Positions 1 through 13,400 of a DNA stretch of 64,000 nucleotides are shown here, one piece after another. Both the position numbers and the translations under genes were made by a program. Below the pieces are notes generated by a model, which made no database searches, was not told the DNA's origin, and saw only the letters and a program-made list of their open reading frames with translations. The stretch's first letter is position 1. Each line of letters begins with the position of its first letter. The stretch comes from Eledone cirrhosa (Eukaryota), in assembly GCA_964016885.1 (NCBI GenBank), contig OZ024743.1, positions 131,750,001 to 131,814,000 of the forward strand, read 5' to 3'.

Positions 1-1489
1 GTTGTTTGGGGCTTGGTGCCTGGTGCTTTGTGTTTGGTGCTAGGTGCTTGGTGCTTGGTCTTTGGTGTTTGGTGCTTGGTACTTGGTGCTTGGTGTTTGG
101 TGCTTGGTGCTTGGTGCTTGGTTATTAGTGTTTGGTGTTTGGTGCTTGGCGCTTGGTGTTTGGTGCTTGGTGCTTGGTGCTTGGTGTTTGGTGTTTGGTG
201 CTTGGTGCTTGGTGCTTGGTGATTAGTGTTTGGTGCTTGGTGCTTGGTGCCTGGTGCTTGGTGCTTGGTGCTTGTTGTTTGATGCTTGGTGCTTGGTGTT
301 TAGTGTTTGGTGCTTGGTGCTTGGGGTTTGGTGTTTGGTGCTTGGGGTTTGGTGTTTGGTGCTTGGTGCTTGGTGTTTGGTGCATGGTGCTTGGTGTTTG
401 GTGCTTGGTGCTTTGTGTTTGATGCTTGGTGTTTGGTGCTTGGTGCTTGATGCTTGGTGCTTGGTGTTAGGTGTTTGGTGCTTGGTGCTTGGTGTTTGAT
501 GTTTGGTCCTTGGTGCTTGGTGTTTGGTGTTTGGTGCTTGGTGCTAGGTGTTTTGTGAGTGGTGCTTGCTGCTTGGTGCTTGGTGTTTTGTGTTAGGAGT
601 TTGGTGCTTGATGTTTGGTGCTTCGGTCTTGGTGCTTGGTGTTTGGTGTTTGGTGTTTGGTGTATGGTGCTTGGTGCTTGGTGTTTGGTGCTTCGTGCTT
701 GGTGCTTGGTGTTTGGTGCATGGTGCTTTGTGTTTGCTGCTAGGTGCTTGGTGCTTGGTGTTAGGCGTTTGGTGCTTGGTGCTTGGTGTTTGATGTTTGG
801 TCCTTGGTGCTTGGTGTTTGGTATTTGGTGCTTGGTGCTTGGTGTTTGGTGTTTGGTGCTTGCTGCTTGCTGCTTGGTGTTTGGTGCTTGGTGATTGGTG
901 CTTGGTGTTTTGTGCTTGGTGCTTGGTGTTTGGTGTTTGGTGCTAGGGACTTGGTGCTTGGTGCTTGGTGTTTGGTGCTTGGTGCTTGGTGTTTGGTGTT
1001 TGGTGCTTGGTGCGTGGGACTTGGTGTTTGGTGCTTGGTGTTTGGTGCTTGGTGTTTGGTGCTTGGTGCTTGGTACTTGGTGTTTGGTGTTTGGTGCTTG
1101 GTATTTGGTGATTGGTGCTTGGTGCTTGGTGTTTAGTGCTTGGTGCTTGGTGTTTGGTACTTGGTGCTTGGTGTTTGGTCTTTGGTGCTTGGTGTTTGGT
1201 GCTTGGTGCTTGGTGCTTGGTGCTTGGTGTTAAGTGTTTGGGGCTTGGTGCTTGGTGCATGGTGCTTGGTGTTTGGTGCTTGGTGCCTGGTGCTTGGTGT
1301 TTGTTGCTTGGTGCTTGGTGCTTTGTGTTTGGTGCTTGGTGTTTGGTGCTTGGTGCTTGGTGTTTGGTGCTTGGTTTTTGGTGCTTGGTGTTCGGTGCTT
1401 GGTGCTTGGTGCTTGGTGCTTGGTGTTAGGTGTTTGGTGCTTGGTGCTTGGTGTTTGATGTTTGGTCCTTGGTGCTTGGTGTTTGGTGC

Positions 1490-4400
1490 TTGGTGCTTGG
1501 TGTTTGGTGTTTGGTGCTTTGTGCTTGGTGTTTGGTGCTGGGTGTATGGTGTTTGGTGCTTGGTGCTTGGTGCTTGGTGTTTGGTGTTTGGTGCTTGGTA
1601 CTTGGTGTTTGGTGTTTGATGCTTGGTGTTTGATGCTTGTTGCTTGGTGCTTGGTGTTTTGTGTTTGGTGTTTGGTGCTTGGTGTATGTACTTGGTGCTT
1701 GGTGATTGGTGTTTGGTGCTTGGTTCTTGGTTTTTGGTGCTTGGTGCTTGGTGCTTGGTGTTTGGTGCTTGGTGCTTGGTGTTTGGTGCTTGGTGTTTGG
1801 TGTTTGGTGCTTGGTGTTTGGTACTTGGTGCTTGGTGCTTGGTGTTAAGTGTTTGGTGCTTGGTGCTTGGTGTTTGGTGCTTGGTGCTTGGTGCTTGGTG
1901 TTTGGTGAATGGTGCTTGGTGTTTGGGGCTTGGTGCCTGGTGCTTTGTGTTTGGTGCTAGGTGCTTGGTGCTTGGTCTTTGGTGTTTGGTGCTTGGTGCT
2001 TGGTGCTTGGTGTTTGTTGCTTGGTGCTTGGTGCTTGGTTATTAGTGTTTGGTGCTTGGTGCTTGGGGTTTGGTGTTTGGTGCTTGGTGCTTGGTGTTTG
2101 GTGTTTGCTGTATGGTGTTTGCTGTTTCGTGTTTGGTGTTTGCTGTTTGGTGTTTAATGCTTGGTGCTTGGTGCTTGGTGTTTGGTGCTTGGTGCTTGGT
2201 GCTTGGTGTTTGGCGTTTGCTCTTTGCTGTTTGGTGTTTGGTGCTTGTTGTTTGGTGTTTGGTGTTTGGTGTTTGGTGTTTGGTGCTTGCTGTTTGGTGC
2301 TTGGTGCTTGGTGTTTGGTGTTTGGTGTTTGGTGCTTGGTGCTTGGTGGTTGGTGCTTGGTGCTGGGTGTTTGGTGCTAGGTGCTTGGTGTTTGGTGCTT
2401 GGTGCTTGGTGCTTGGTGCTTGGTCTTTGGTGCTTGGTGTTTGGTGTTTGGTGCTTGGTGCTTGGTGTTTGGTGCTTGGGGCTTGGTGTTTGGTGCTTGG
2501 TGATTGCTGCTTGGTGTTTGGTGTTTGGTGCTTGGTGCTTGGTGCTTGGTGATTAGTGTTTGGTGCTTGGTGCTTGGTGCCTTGTGCTTGGTGCTTGGTG
2601 CTTGTTGTTTGGTGCTTGGTGCTTGGTGATTAGTGTTTAGTGCTTGGTGCTTGGTGCCTGGTGCTTGGTGCTTGTTGTTTGGTGCTTGGTGCTTGGTGAT
2701 TAGTGTTTGGTGCTTGGTGCTTGGGGCTTGGTGTTTGGTGCTTGGTGCTTGCTGTTTGGTGGTTGCTGTTTAGTGCTTGGTGTTTGGTGCTTGGTGCTTG
2801 GTGCTGGGTGGTTGGTGTTTGGTGCTTGGTGCTTGGTGTTTGGTGCTTGGTGCTTGGTGCTTGTTGTTTGGTGCTTGGTGCTTGGTCTTTGGTGCTTGGT
2901 GTTTGGTGTTTGGTGCTTGGTGCTTGGTGCTTGGTTTTTGGTGCTTGGTGCTTGGTGCTTGGTGTTTGGTGCTTGGTGCTTGGTGCTTGTTGTTTGGTGC
3001 TTGGTGCTTGGTCTTTGGTGCTTGGTGTTTGGTGTTTGGTGCTTGGTGCTTCGTGTTTGGTGCTTAGTGCCTGGTGCTTGGTGTTTGGTGCTTGGTGCTT
3101 GGTGTTTGCTGATTGGTGCTTGGTGCTTGGTGCTTGGTGCTTAGTGCTTGGTGTTTGGTGTTTGGTGCTTGGTGTTTGGTGTTTGGTGTTTGATGCTTGG
3201 TTTTTGCTGCTTGGTGCTTGGTGCTTGGTGCTTGGTGTTCTGTGTTTGGTGCTTGGTGCTTGGTGCCTGGTGCTTGGTGCTTGGTGCTTGTTGTTTGGTG
3301 CTTGGTGCTTGGTGATTAGTCTTTGGTGCTTGGTGCTTGGTGTTTGGTGTTTGGTGTTTCGTGCTTGGTGCTTGGTGTTTGGTGTTTGGTGCTTGGTGTT
3401 TGGTGCTTGGTGCTTTGAGCTTGGTGTTTGGTGCTGGGTGTATGGTGTTTGGTGCTTGGTGCTTGGTGCTTGGTGTTTGGTGTTTGGTGCTTGGTACTTG
3501 GTGTTTGGTGTTTGTTGCTTGGTGTTTGATGCTTGTTGCTTGGTGCTTGGTGTTTTGTGTTTGGTGTTTGGTGCTTGGTGTATGTACTTGGTGCTTGGTG
3601 CTTGGTGTTTGGTGCTTGGTGTTTGGTGTTTGGTGCTTGGTGTTTGGTACTTGGTGCTTAGTGCTTGGTGTTTGGTGCTTGGTTCTTGGTGTTTGGTGCT
3701 TGGTGCTTGGTGCTTGGTGTTTGGTGCTTGGTACTTGGTGTTTGGTGCTTGGTGTTTGGTGTTTGGTGCTGGGTGTTTGGTACTTGGTGCTTGGTGCTTG
3801 GTGCTTCGTGTTTGGTGCATGGTGCTTGGTGTTTGGGGCTTGGTGCCTGGTGCTTTCTGTTTGGTGCTAGGTGCTTGGTGCTTGGTCTTTGGTGTTTGGT
3901 GCTTGGTGCTTGGTGCTTGGTGTTTGGTGCTTGGTGCTTGGTGCTTGGTTATTAGTGTTTGGTGCTTGGTGCTTGGGGTTTGGTGTTTGGTGCTTGGTGC
4001 TTGGTGTTTGGTGTTTGCTGTATGGTGTTTGCTGTTTCGTGTTTGGTGTTTGGTGTTTGGTGTTTAATGCTTGGTGCTTGGTGTTTGGTGTTTGGTGTTT
4101 GGTGCTTGGTGCTTGGTGTTTGGTGCTTGGTGCTTGGTGCTGGGTGTTTGGTGCTTGGTGCTTGGTGTTTGGTGCTTGGTGCTTGATGCTTGGTGCTTGG
4201 TGTTTGGTCCTTGGTGGTTGGTGCTTGGTCTTTGGTGCTTGGGGTTTGGTGTTTGGTGCTTGGTGCTTGGTGTTTGGTGCTTGGTGCTTGGTGCTTGGTG
4301 TTTGGTGTTTGGTGCTTGCTGCTTGGTGCTTGGTGTTTGGTGCTTGGTGCTTGGTGTTTGGTGCTTGGTGCTTGGTGATTAGTGTTTGGTGCATGGTGCT

Positions 4401-7400
4401 TGGTGTTTGTTGTTTGGTGCTTGGTGCTTGGTGTTTGGTGCTTGGTGCTTGCTGTTTGGTGTTTGGTGTTTGGTGCTTGGTGCTTGGTGTTTGGTGTTTG
4501 GTGTTTGGTGTTTGGTGTCTGGTGCTTGGTGCTTGGTGTTTGGTGCTTGGTGTTTGGTGCTTGGTGTATGTACTTGGTGCTTGGTGCTTGGTGTTTGGTG
4601 CTTGGTTCTTGGTGTTTGGTGCTTGGTGCTTTGTACTTGGTGTTTGGTGCTTGGTGCTTGGTCTTTGGTGCTTGGTGTTTGGTGTTTGGTGCTTGGTGCT
4701 TGGTGTTTGGTGCTTGGTGCCTGGTGCTTGGTGTTTGGTGCTTGGTGCTTGGTGTTTGGTGATTGGTGCTTGGTGCTTGGTGCTTAGTGCTTGGTGTTTG
4801 GTGTTTGGTGCTTGGTGTTTGGTGTTTGATGCTTGGTGCTTGGTGCTTGGTGCTTGGTGCATGGTGTTCTGTGTTTGGTGCTTGGTGCTTGGTGCTTGTT
4901 GTTTGGTGCTTGGTGCTTGGTGATTAGTCTTTGGTGCTTGGTGCTTGGTATTTGGTGTTTGGTGTTTCGTGCTTGGTGTCTAGTGTTTGGGTTTTGGTGT
5001 TTGGTGCTTGGTGCTTAGTGTTTGGTGTTTGGTGCTTGGTGCTTGGTGTTTGGTGTTTGGTGCTTGGTGTTTGGTGCTTGGTGCTTTGTGCTTAGTGTTT
5101 GGTGCTGGGTGTATGGTGTTTGGTGCTTGGTGCTTGGTGCTTGGTGTTTGTTGTTTGGTGCTTGGTACTTGGTGTTTGGTGTTTGATGCTTGGTGTTTGA
5201 TGCTTGTTGCTTGGTGCTTGGTGTTTTGTGTTTGGTGTTTGGTGCTTGGTGTATGTACTTGGTGCTTGGTGCTTGGTGTTTGGTGCTTGGTTCTTGGTGT
5301 TTGGTGCTTGGTGCTTGGTGCTTGGTGTTTAGTGCTTGGTGCTTGGTGTTTGGTGCTTGGTGTTTGGTGTTTGGTGCTTGGTGTTTGGTACTTGGTGCTT
5401 GGTGCTTGGTGTTAAGTGTTTGGTGCTTTGTGCTTGGTGTTTGGTGCTTCGTGCTTGGTGCTTGGTGTTTGGTGCATGGTGCTTGGTGTTTGGGGCTTGG
5501 TGCCTGGTGCTTTGTGTTTGGTGCTAGGTGCTTGGTGCTTGGTCTTTGGTGTTTGGTGCTTAGTACTTGGTGCTTGGTGTTTGGTGCTTGGTGCTTGGTG
5601 CTTGGTTATTAGTGTTTGGTGTTTGGTGCTTGGCGCTTGGTGTTTGGTGCTTGGTGCTTGGTGCTTGGTGTTTGGTGTTTGGTGCTTGCTGCTTGGTGCT
5701 TGGTGTTTGGTGCTTGGTGCTTGGTGCTTGGTGTTTGGTGCTTGGTGTTCGGTGCTTGGTGCTTGGTGCTTGGTGCTTGGTGTTAGGTGTTTGGTGCTTG
5801 GTGCTTGGTGTTTGATGTTTGGTCCTTGGTGCTTGGTGTTTGGTGCTTGGTGCTTGGTGTTTGGTGTTTGGTGCTTGCTGCTTGGTGCTTGGTGCTTGTT
5901 GTTTGGTGCTTGGTGCTTGGTCTTTGGTGCTTGGTGTTTGGTGTTTGGTGCTTGGTGCTTGGTGCTTGGTTTTTGGTGCATGGTGCTTGGTGCTTGGTGT
6001 TTGGTGCTTGGTGCTTGGTGCTTGTTGTTTGGTGCTTGGTGCTTGGTCTTTGGTGCTTGGTGTTTGGTGTTTGGGGCTTGGTGCTTGGTGTTTGGTGCTT
6101 GGTGCCTGGTGCTTGGTGTTTGGTGCTTGGTGCTTGGTGTTTGGTGATTGGTGCTTGGTGCTTGGTGCTTAGTGCTTGGTGTTTGGTGTTTGGTGCTTGG
6201 TGTTTGGTGTTTGATGCTTGGTGCTTGGTGCTTGGTGCTTGGTGCTTGGTGTACTGTGTTTGGTGCTTGGTGCTTGGTGCTTGTTGTTTGGTGCTTGGTG
6301 CTTGGTGATTAGTCTTTGGTGCTTGGTGCATGGTATTTGGTGTTTGGTGTTTCGTGATTGGGGTCTAGTGTTTGGGTTTTTGTGTTTGGTGCTTGGTGCT
6401 TAGTGTTTGGTGTTTGGTGCTTGGTGCTTGGTGTTTGGTGTTTGGTGTTTGGTGCTTGGTGCTTGGTGCTTTGTGCTTAGTGTTTGGTGCTGGGTGTATG
6501 GTGTTTGGTGCTTGGTGCTTGGTGCTTGGTGTTTGTTGTTTGGTGCTTGGTACTTGGTGTTTGGTGTTTGATGCTTGGTGTTTGATGCTTGTTGCTTGGT
6601 GCTTGGTGTTTTGTGTTTGGTGTTTGGTGCTTGGTGTATGTACTTGGTGCTTGGTGTTTGGTGCTTGGTTCTTGGTGTTTGGTGCTTGGTGCTTGGTGCT
6701 TGGTGTTTGGTGCTTGGTGCTTGGTGTTTGGTGCTTGGTGTTTGGTATTTGGTGCTTGGTGTTTGGTACTTGGTGCTTGGTGCTTGGTGTTAAGTGTTTG
6801 GTGCTTGGTGTTTGGTGCTTCGTGCTTGGTGCTTGGTGTTTGGTGCATGGTGCTTGTTGTTTGGGGCTTGGTGCCTGGTGCTTTGTGTTTGGTGCTAGGT
6901 GCTTGGTGCTTGGTCTTTGGTGTTTGGTGCTTGGTACTTGGTGCTTGGTGTTTGGTGCTTGGTGCTTGGTGCTTGGTTATTAGTGTTTGGTGTTTGGTGC
7001 TTGGCGCTTGGAGTTTGGTGCTTGGTGCTTGGTGCTTGGTGTTTGGTGTTTGGTGCTTGCTGCTTGGTGCTTGGTGTTTGGTGCTTGGTGCTTGGTGCTT
7101 GGTGTTTGGTGCTTGGTGCTTGCTGTTTGGTGTTTGGTCTTTGGTGCTTGGTGCTTGGTGTTTGGTGTTTGGTGTTTGGTGTTTGGTGTTTGGTGCTTGG
7201 TGCTTGGTGTTTGGTGCTTGGTGTTTGGTGCTTGGTGTATGTACTTGGTGCTTGGTGCTTGGTGTTTGGTGCTTGGTTCTTGGTGTTTGGTGCTTGGTGC
7301 TTGGTGCTTGGTGTTTGGTGCTTGGTGCTTGGTGTTTGGTACTTGGTGCTTGGTGTTTGGTGTTTGGTGTTTGGTGTTTGGTGCTTGGTGCTTGGTGCTT

Positions 7401-10400
7401 GGTGTTAAGTGTTTGGTGCTTGGTGCTTCGTGTTTGGTGCTTCGTGCTTGGTGCTTGGTGTTTGGTGCATGGTGCTTGATGTTTGGGGCTTGGTGCCTGG
7501 TGCTTGGTGTTTGGTGCTTGGTGCTTGGTGCTTGGTGTTTGGTGTTTGGTGCTTGGTGCTTGGTGTTTGGTGCTTGGTGTTTGGTGCGTGGTGTTCGGTG
7601 CTTGGTGCTTGGTGCTTGGTGCTTGGTACTTGGTGTTAGGTTTTTGGTGCTTGGGGCTTGGTGTTTGGTGTTTGGTGCTTGGTGCTTGGTGTTTGGTGTT
7701 TGGTGCTTGGTGTTTGGTGTTTGGTGCTTTGTGCTTGGTGTTTGGTGCTGGGTGTATGGTGTTTGGTGCTTGGTGCTTGGTGCTTGGTGTTTGGTGTTTG
7801 GTGCTTGGTACTTGGTGTTTGGTGTTTGATGCTTGGTGTTTGATGCTTGTTGCTTGGTGCTTGGTGTTTTGTGTTTGGTGTCTGGTGCTTGGTGTATGTA
7901 CTTGGTGCTTGGTGATTGGTGTTTGGTGCTTGGTTCTTGGTTTTTGGTGCTTGGTGCTTGGTGCTTGGTGTTTGGTGCTTGGTGCTTGGTGTTTGGTGCT
8001 TGGTGTTTGGTGTTTGGTGCTTGGTGTTTGTTACTTGGTGCTTGGTGCTTGGTGTTAAGTGTTTGGTGCTTGGTGCTTGGTGTTTGGTGCTTGGTGCTTG
8101 GTGCTTGGTGTTTGGTGCATGGTGCTTGGTGTTTGGGGCTTGGTGCCTGGTGCTTTGTGTTTGGTGCTAGGTGCTTGGTGCTTGGTCTTTGGTGTTTGGT
8201 GCTTGGTGCTTGGTGCTTGGTGTTTGGTGCTTGGTGCTTGGTGCTTGGTTATTAGTGTTTGGTGCTTGGTGCTTGGGGTTTGGTGTTTGGTGCTTGGTGC
8301 TTGGTGTTTGGTGTTTGCTGTATGGTGTTTGCTGTTTCGTGTTTGGTGTTTGCTGTTTGGTGTTTAATGCTTGGTGCTTGGTGCTTGGTGTTTGGTGCTT
8401 GGTGCTTGGTGCTTGGTGTTTGGCGTTTGCTCTTTGCTGTTTGGTGTTTGGTGCTTGCTGTTTGGTGTTTGGTGTTTGGTGTTTGGTGTTTGGTGCTTGC
8501 TGTTTGGTGCTTGGTGCTTGGTGTTTGGTGTTTGGTGTTTGGTGCTTGGTGCTTGGTGGTTGGTGCTTGGTGCTGGGTGTTTGGTGCTAGGTGCTTGGTG
8601 TTTGGTGCTTGGTGCTTGGTGCTTGGTGCTTGGTCTTTGGTGCTTGGTGTTTGGTGTTTGGTGCTTGGTGCTTGGTGTTTGGTGCTTGGGGCTTGGTGTT
8701 TGGTGCTTGGTGATTGCTGCTTGGTGTTTGGTGTTTGGTGCTTGGTGCTTGGTGCTTGGTGATTAGTGTTTGGTGCTTGGTGCTTGGTGCCTTGTGCTTG
8801 GTGCTTGGTGCTTGTTGTTTGGTGCTTGGTGCTTGGTGATTAGTGTTTGGTGCTTGGTGCTTGGTGCCTGGTGCTTGGTGCTTGTTGTTTGGTGCTTGGT
8901 GCTTGGTGATTAGTGTTTGGTGCTTGGTGCTTGGGGCTTGGTGTTTGGTGCTTGGTGCTTGCTGTTTGGTGGTTGCTGTTTAGTGCTTGGTGTTTGGTGC
9001 TTGGTGCTTGGTGCTGGGTGGTTGGTGTTTGGTGCTTGGTGCTTGGTGTTTGGTGCTTGGTGCTTGGTGCTTGTTGTTTGGTGCTTGGTGCTTGGTCTTT
9101 GGTGCTTGGTGTTTGGTGTTTGGTGCTTGGTGCTTGGTGCTTGGTTTTTGGTGCTTGGTGCTTGGTGCTTGGTGTTTGGTGCTTGGTGCTTGGTGCTTGT
9201 TGTTTGGTGCTTGGTGCTTGGTCTTTGGTGCTTGGTGTTTCGTGTTTGGTGCTTGTTGCTTCTTGTTTGGTGCTCAGTGCCTGGTGCTTGGTGTTTGGTG
9301 CTTGGTGCTTGGTGTTTGCTGATTGGTGCTTGGTGCTTGGTGCTTGGTGCTTAGTGCTTGGTGTTTGGTGTTTGGTGCTTGGTGTTTGGTGTTTGGTGTT
9401 TGATGCTTGGTTTTTGCTGCTTGGTGCTTGGTGCTTGGTGCTTGGTGTTCTGTGTTTGGTGCTTGGTGCTTGGTGCCTGGTGCTTGGTGCTTGGTGCTTG
9501 TTGTTTGGTGCTTGGTGCTTGGTGATTAGTCTTTGGTGCTTGGTGCTTGGTGTTTGGTGTTTCGTGTTTCGTGCTTGGTGCTTGGTGTTTGGTGTTTGGT
9601 GCTTGGTGTTTGGTGCTTGGTGCTTTGAGCTTGGTGTTTGGTGCTGGGTGTATGGTGTTTGGTGCTTGGTGTTTGGTGCTTGGTGTTTGGTGTTTGGTGC
9701 TTGGTACTTGGTGTTTGGTGTTTGATGCTTGGTGTTTGATGCTTGTTGCTTGGTGCTTGGTGTTTTGTGTTTGGTGTTTGGTGCTTGGTGTATGTACTTG
9801 GTGCTTGGTGCTTGGTGTTTGGTGCTTGGTGTTTGGTGTTTGGTGCTTGGTGTTTGGTACTTGGTGCTTGGTGCTTGGTGTTTGGTGCTTGGTTCTTGGT
9901 GTTTGGTGCTTGGTGCTTGGTGCTTGGTGTTTGGTGCTTGGTACTTGGTGTTTGGTGCTTGGTGTTTGGTGTTTGGTGCTTGGTGTTTGGTACTTGGTGC
10001 TTGGTGCTTGGTGTTAAGTGTTTGGTGCTTGGTGCTTGGTGTTTGGTGCTTCGTGCTTGGTGCTTGGTGTTTGGTGCATGGTGCTTGGTGTTTGGGGCTT
10101 GGTGCCTGGTGCTTTCTGTTTGGTGCTAGGTGCTTGGTGCTTGGTCTTTGGTGTTTGGTGCTTGGTGCTTGGTGCTTGGTGTTTGGTGCTTGGTGCTTGG
10201 TGCTTGGTTATTAGTGTTTGGTGCTTGGTGCTTGGGGTTTGGTGTTTGGTGCTTGGTGCTTCGTGTTTGGTGTTTGCTGTATGGTGTTTGCTGTTTCGTG
10301 TTTGGTGTTTGGTGTTTGGTGTTTAATGCTTGGTGCTTGGTGTTTGGTGTTTGATGTTTGGTGCTTGGTGCTTGGTGTTTGGTGCTTGGTGCTTGGTGCT

Positions 10401-13400
10401 GGGTGTTTGGTGCTTGGTGCTTGGTGTTTGGTGCTTGGTGCTTGATGCTTGGTGCTTGGTGTTTGGTCCTTGGTGCTTGGTGCTTGGTCTTTGGTGCTTG
10501 GGGTTTGGTGTTTGGTGCTTGGTGCTTGGTGTTTGGTGCTTGGTGCTTGGTGCTTGGTGTTTGGTGTTTGGTGCTTGCTGCTTGGTGCTTGTTGTTTTGT
10601 GCTTGGTGCTTGGTGATTAGTGTTTGGTGCATGGTGCTTGGTGTTTGTTGTTTGGTGCTTGGTGCTTGGTGTTTGGTGCTTGGTGCTTGCTGTTTGGTGT
10701 TTGGTGTTTGGTGCTTGGTGCTTGGTGTTTGGTGTTTGGTGTTTGGTGTTTGGTGTTTGGTGCTTGGTGCTTGGTGTTTGGTGCTTGGTGTTTGGTGCTT
10801 GGTGTATGTACTTGGTGCTTGGTGCTTGGTGTTTGGTGCTTGGTTCTTGGTGTTTGGTGCTTGGTGCTTTGTACTTGGTGTTTGGTGCTTGGTGCTTGGT
10901 CTTTGGTGCTTGGTGTTTGGTGTTTGGTGCTTGGTGCTTGGTGTTTGGTGCTTGGTGCCTGGTGCTTGGTGTTTGGTGCTTGGTGCTTGGTGTTTGGTGA
11001 TTGGTGCTTGGTGCTTGGTGCTTAGTGCTTGGTGTTTGGTGTTTGGTGCTTGTTGTTTGGTGTTTGATGCTTGGTGCTTGGTGCTTGGTGCTTGGTGCAT
11101 GGTGTTCTGTGTTTGGTGCTTGGTGCTTGGTGCTTGTTGTTTGGTGCTTGGTGCTTGGTGATTAGTCTTTGGTGCTTGGTGCTTGGTATTTGGTGTTTGG
11201 TGTTTCGTGCTTGGTGTCTAGTGTTTGGGTTTTGGTGTTTGGTGCTTGGTGCTTAGTGTTTGGTGTTTGGTGCTTGGTGCTTGGTGTTTGGTGTTTGGTG
11301 CTTGGTGTTTGGTGCTTGGTGCTTTGTGCTTAGTGTTTGGTGCTGGGTGTATGGTGTTTGGTGCTTGGTGCTTGGTGATTAGTCTTTGGTGCTTGGTGCA
11401 TGGTATTTGGTGTTTGGTGTTTCGTGATTGGGGTCTAGTGTTTGGGTTTTGGTGTTTGGTGCTTGGTGCTTAGTGTTTGGTGTTTGGTGCTTGGTGCTTG
11501 GTGTTTGGTGTTTGGTGTTTGGTGCTTGGTGCTTGGTGCTTTGTGCTTAGTGTTTGGTGCTGGGTGTATGGTGTTTGGTGCTTGGTGCTTGGTGCTTGGT
11601 GTTTGTTGTTTGGTGCTTGGTACTTGGTGTTTGGTGTTTGATGCTTGGTGTTTGATGCTTGTTGCTTGGTGCTTGGTGTTTTGTGTTTGGTGTTTGGTGC
11701 TTGGTGTATGTACTTGGTGCTTGGTGTTTGGTGCTTGGTTCTTGGTGTTTGGTGCTTGGTGCTTGGTGCTTGGTGTTTGGTGCTTGGTGCTTGGTGTTTG
11801 GTGCTTGGTGTTTGGTATTTGGTGCTTGGTGTTTGGTACTTGGTGCTTGGTGCTTGGTGTTAAGTGTTTGGTGCTTGGTGTTTGGTGCTTCGTGCTTGGT
11901 GCTTGGTGTTTGGTGCATGGTGCTTGTTGTTTGGGGCTTGGTGCCTGGTGCTTTGTGTTTGGTGCTAGGTGCTTGGTGCTTGGTCTTTGGTGTTTGGTGC
12001 TTGGTACTTGGTGCTTGGTGTTTGGTGCTTGGTGCTTGGTGCTTGGTTATTAGTGTTTGGTGTTTGGTGCTTGGCGCTTGGTGTTTGGTGCTTGGTGCTT
12101 GGTGCTTGGTGTTTGGTGTTTGGTGCTTGCTGCTTGGTGCTTGGTGTTTGGTGCTTGGTGCTTGGTGCTTGGTGTTTGGTGCTTGGTGCTTGCTGTTTGG
12201 TGTTTGGTCTTTGGTGCTTGGTGCTTGGTGTTTGGTGTTTGGTGTTTGGTGTTTGGTGTTTGGTGCTTGGTGCTTGGTGTTTGGTGCTTGGTGTTTGGTG
12301 CTTGGTGTATGTACTTGGTGCTTGGTGCTTGGTGTTTGGTGCTTGGTTCTTGGTGTTTGGTGCTTGGTGCTTGGTGCTTGGTGTTTGGTGCTTGGTGCTT
12401 GGTGTTTGGTACTTGGTGCTTGGTGTTTGGTGTTTGGTGTTTGGTGCTTGGTGCTTGGTGCTTGGTGTTAAGTGTTTGGTGCTTGGTGCTTCGTGTTTGG
12501 TGCTTCGTGCTTGGTGCTTGGTGTTTGGTGCATGGTGCTTGATGTTTGGGGCTTGGTGCCTGGTGCTTGGTGTTTGGTGCTTGGTGCTTGGTGCTTGGTG
12601 TTTGGTGTTTGGTGCTTGGTGCTTGGTGTTTGGTGCTTGGTGTTTGGTGCTTGGTGTTCGGTGCTTGGTGCTTGGTGCTTGGTGCTTGGTGCTTGGTGCT
12701 TGGTGCTTGGTCTTTGGTGCTTGGTGTTTGGTGCTTGGTGCTTGGTGCTTGGTGTTTGGTGCTTGGGGCTTGGTGTTTGGTGCTTGGTGATTGCTGCTTG
12801 GTGTTTGGTGTTTGGTGCTTGGTGCTTGGTGCTTGGTGATTAGTGTTTGGTGCTTGGTGCTTGGTGCCTTGTGCTTGGTGCTTGGTGGTTGGTGTTTGGT
12901 GTTTGGTGCTTGGTGCTTGGTGTTTGGTGCTTGGTGTTTGGTGCTTGGTGTTCGGTGCTTGGTGCTTGGTGCTTGGTACTTGGTGTTAGGTTTTTGGTGC
13001 TTGGGGCTTGGTGTTTGGTGTTTGGTGCTTGGTGCTTGGTGTTTGGTGTTTGGTGCTTGGTGTTTGGTGTTTGGTGCTTTGTGCTTGGTGTTTGGTGCTG
13101 GGTGTATGGTGTTTGGTGCTTGGTGCTTGGTGCTTGGTGTTTGGTGTTTGGTGCTTGGTACTTGGTGTTTGGTGTTTGATGCTTGGTGTTTGATGCTTGT
13201 TGCTTGGTGCTTGGTGTTTTGTGTTTGGTGTTTGGTGCTTGGTGTATGTACTTGGTGCTTGGTGATTGGTGTTTGGTGCTTGGTTCTTGGTTTTTGGTGC
13301 TTGGTGCTTGGTGCTTGGTGTTTGGTGCTTGGTGCTTGGTGTTTGGTGCTTGGTGTTTGGTGTTTGGTGCTTGGTGTTTGGTACTTGGTGCTTGGTGCTT

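Noticed and set aside
2036-2049. AT-richer spots (TTGGTTATTAGTGT, TTTAATGC, GTTAAGT) as possible promoter or polyadenylation elements
   Set aside because: They are in-register substitution variants of the monomer, with no associated gene or supporting element.
2341-2349. Chi-like sequence GCTTGGTGG (E. coli Chi is GCTGGTGG)
   Set aside because: Not an exact match, and it arises trivially from the TTGGTGG monomer variant.
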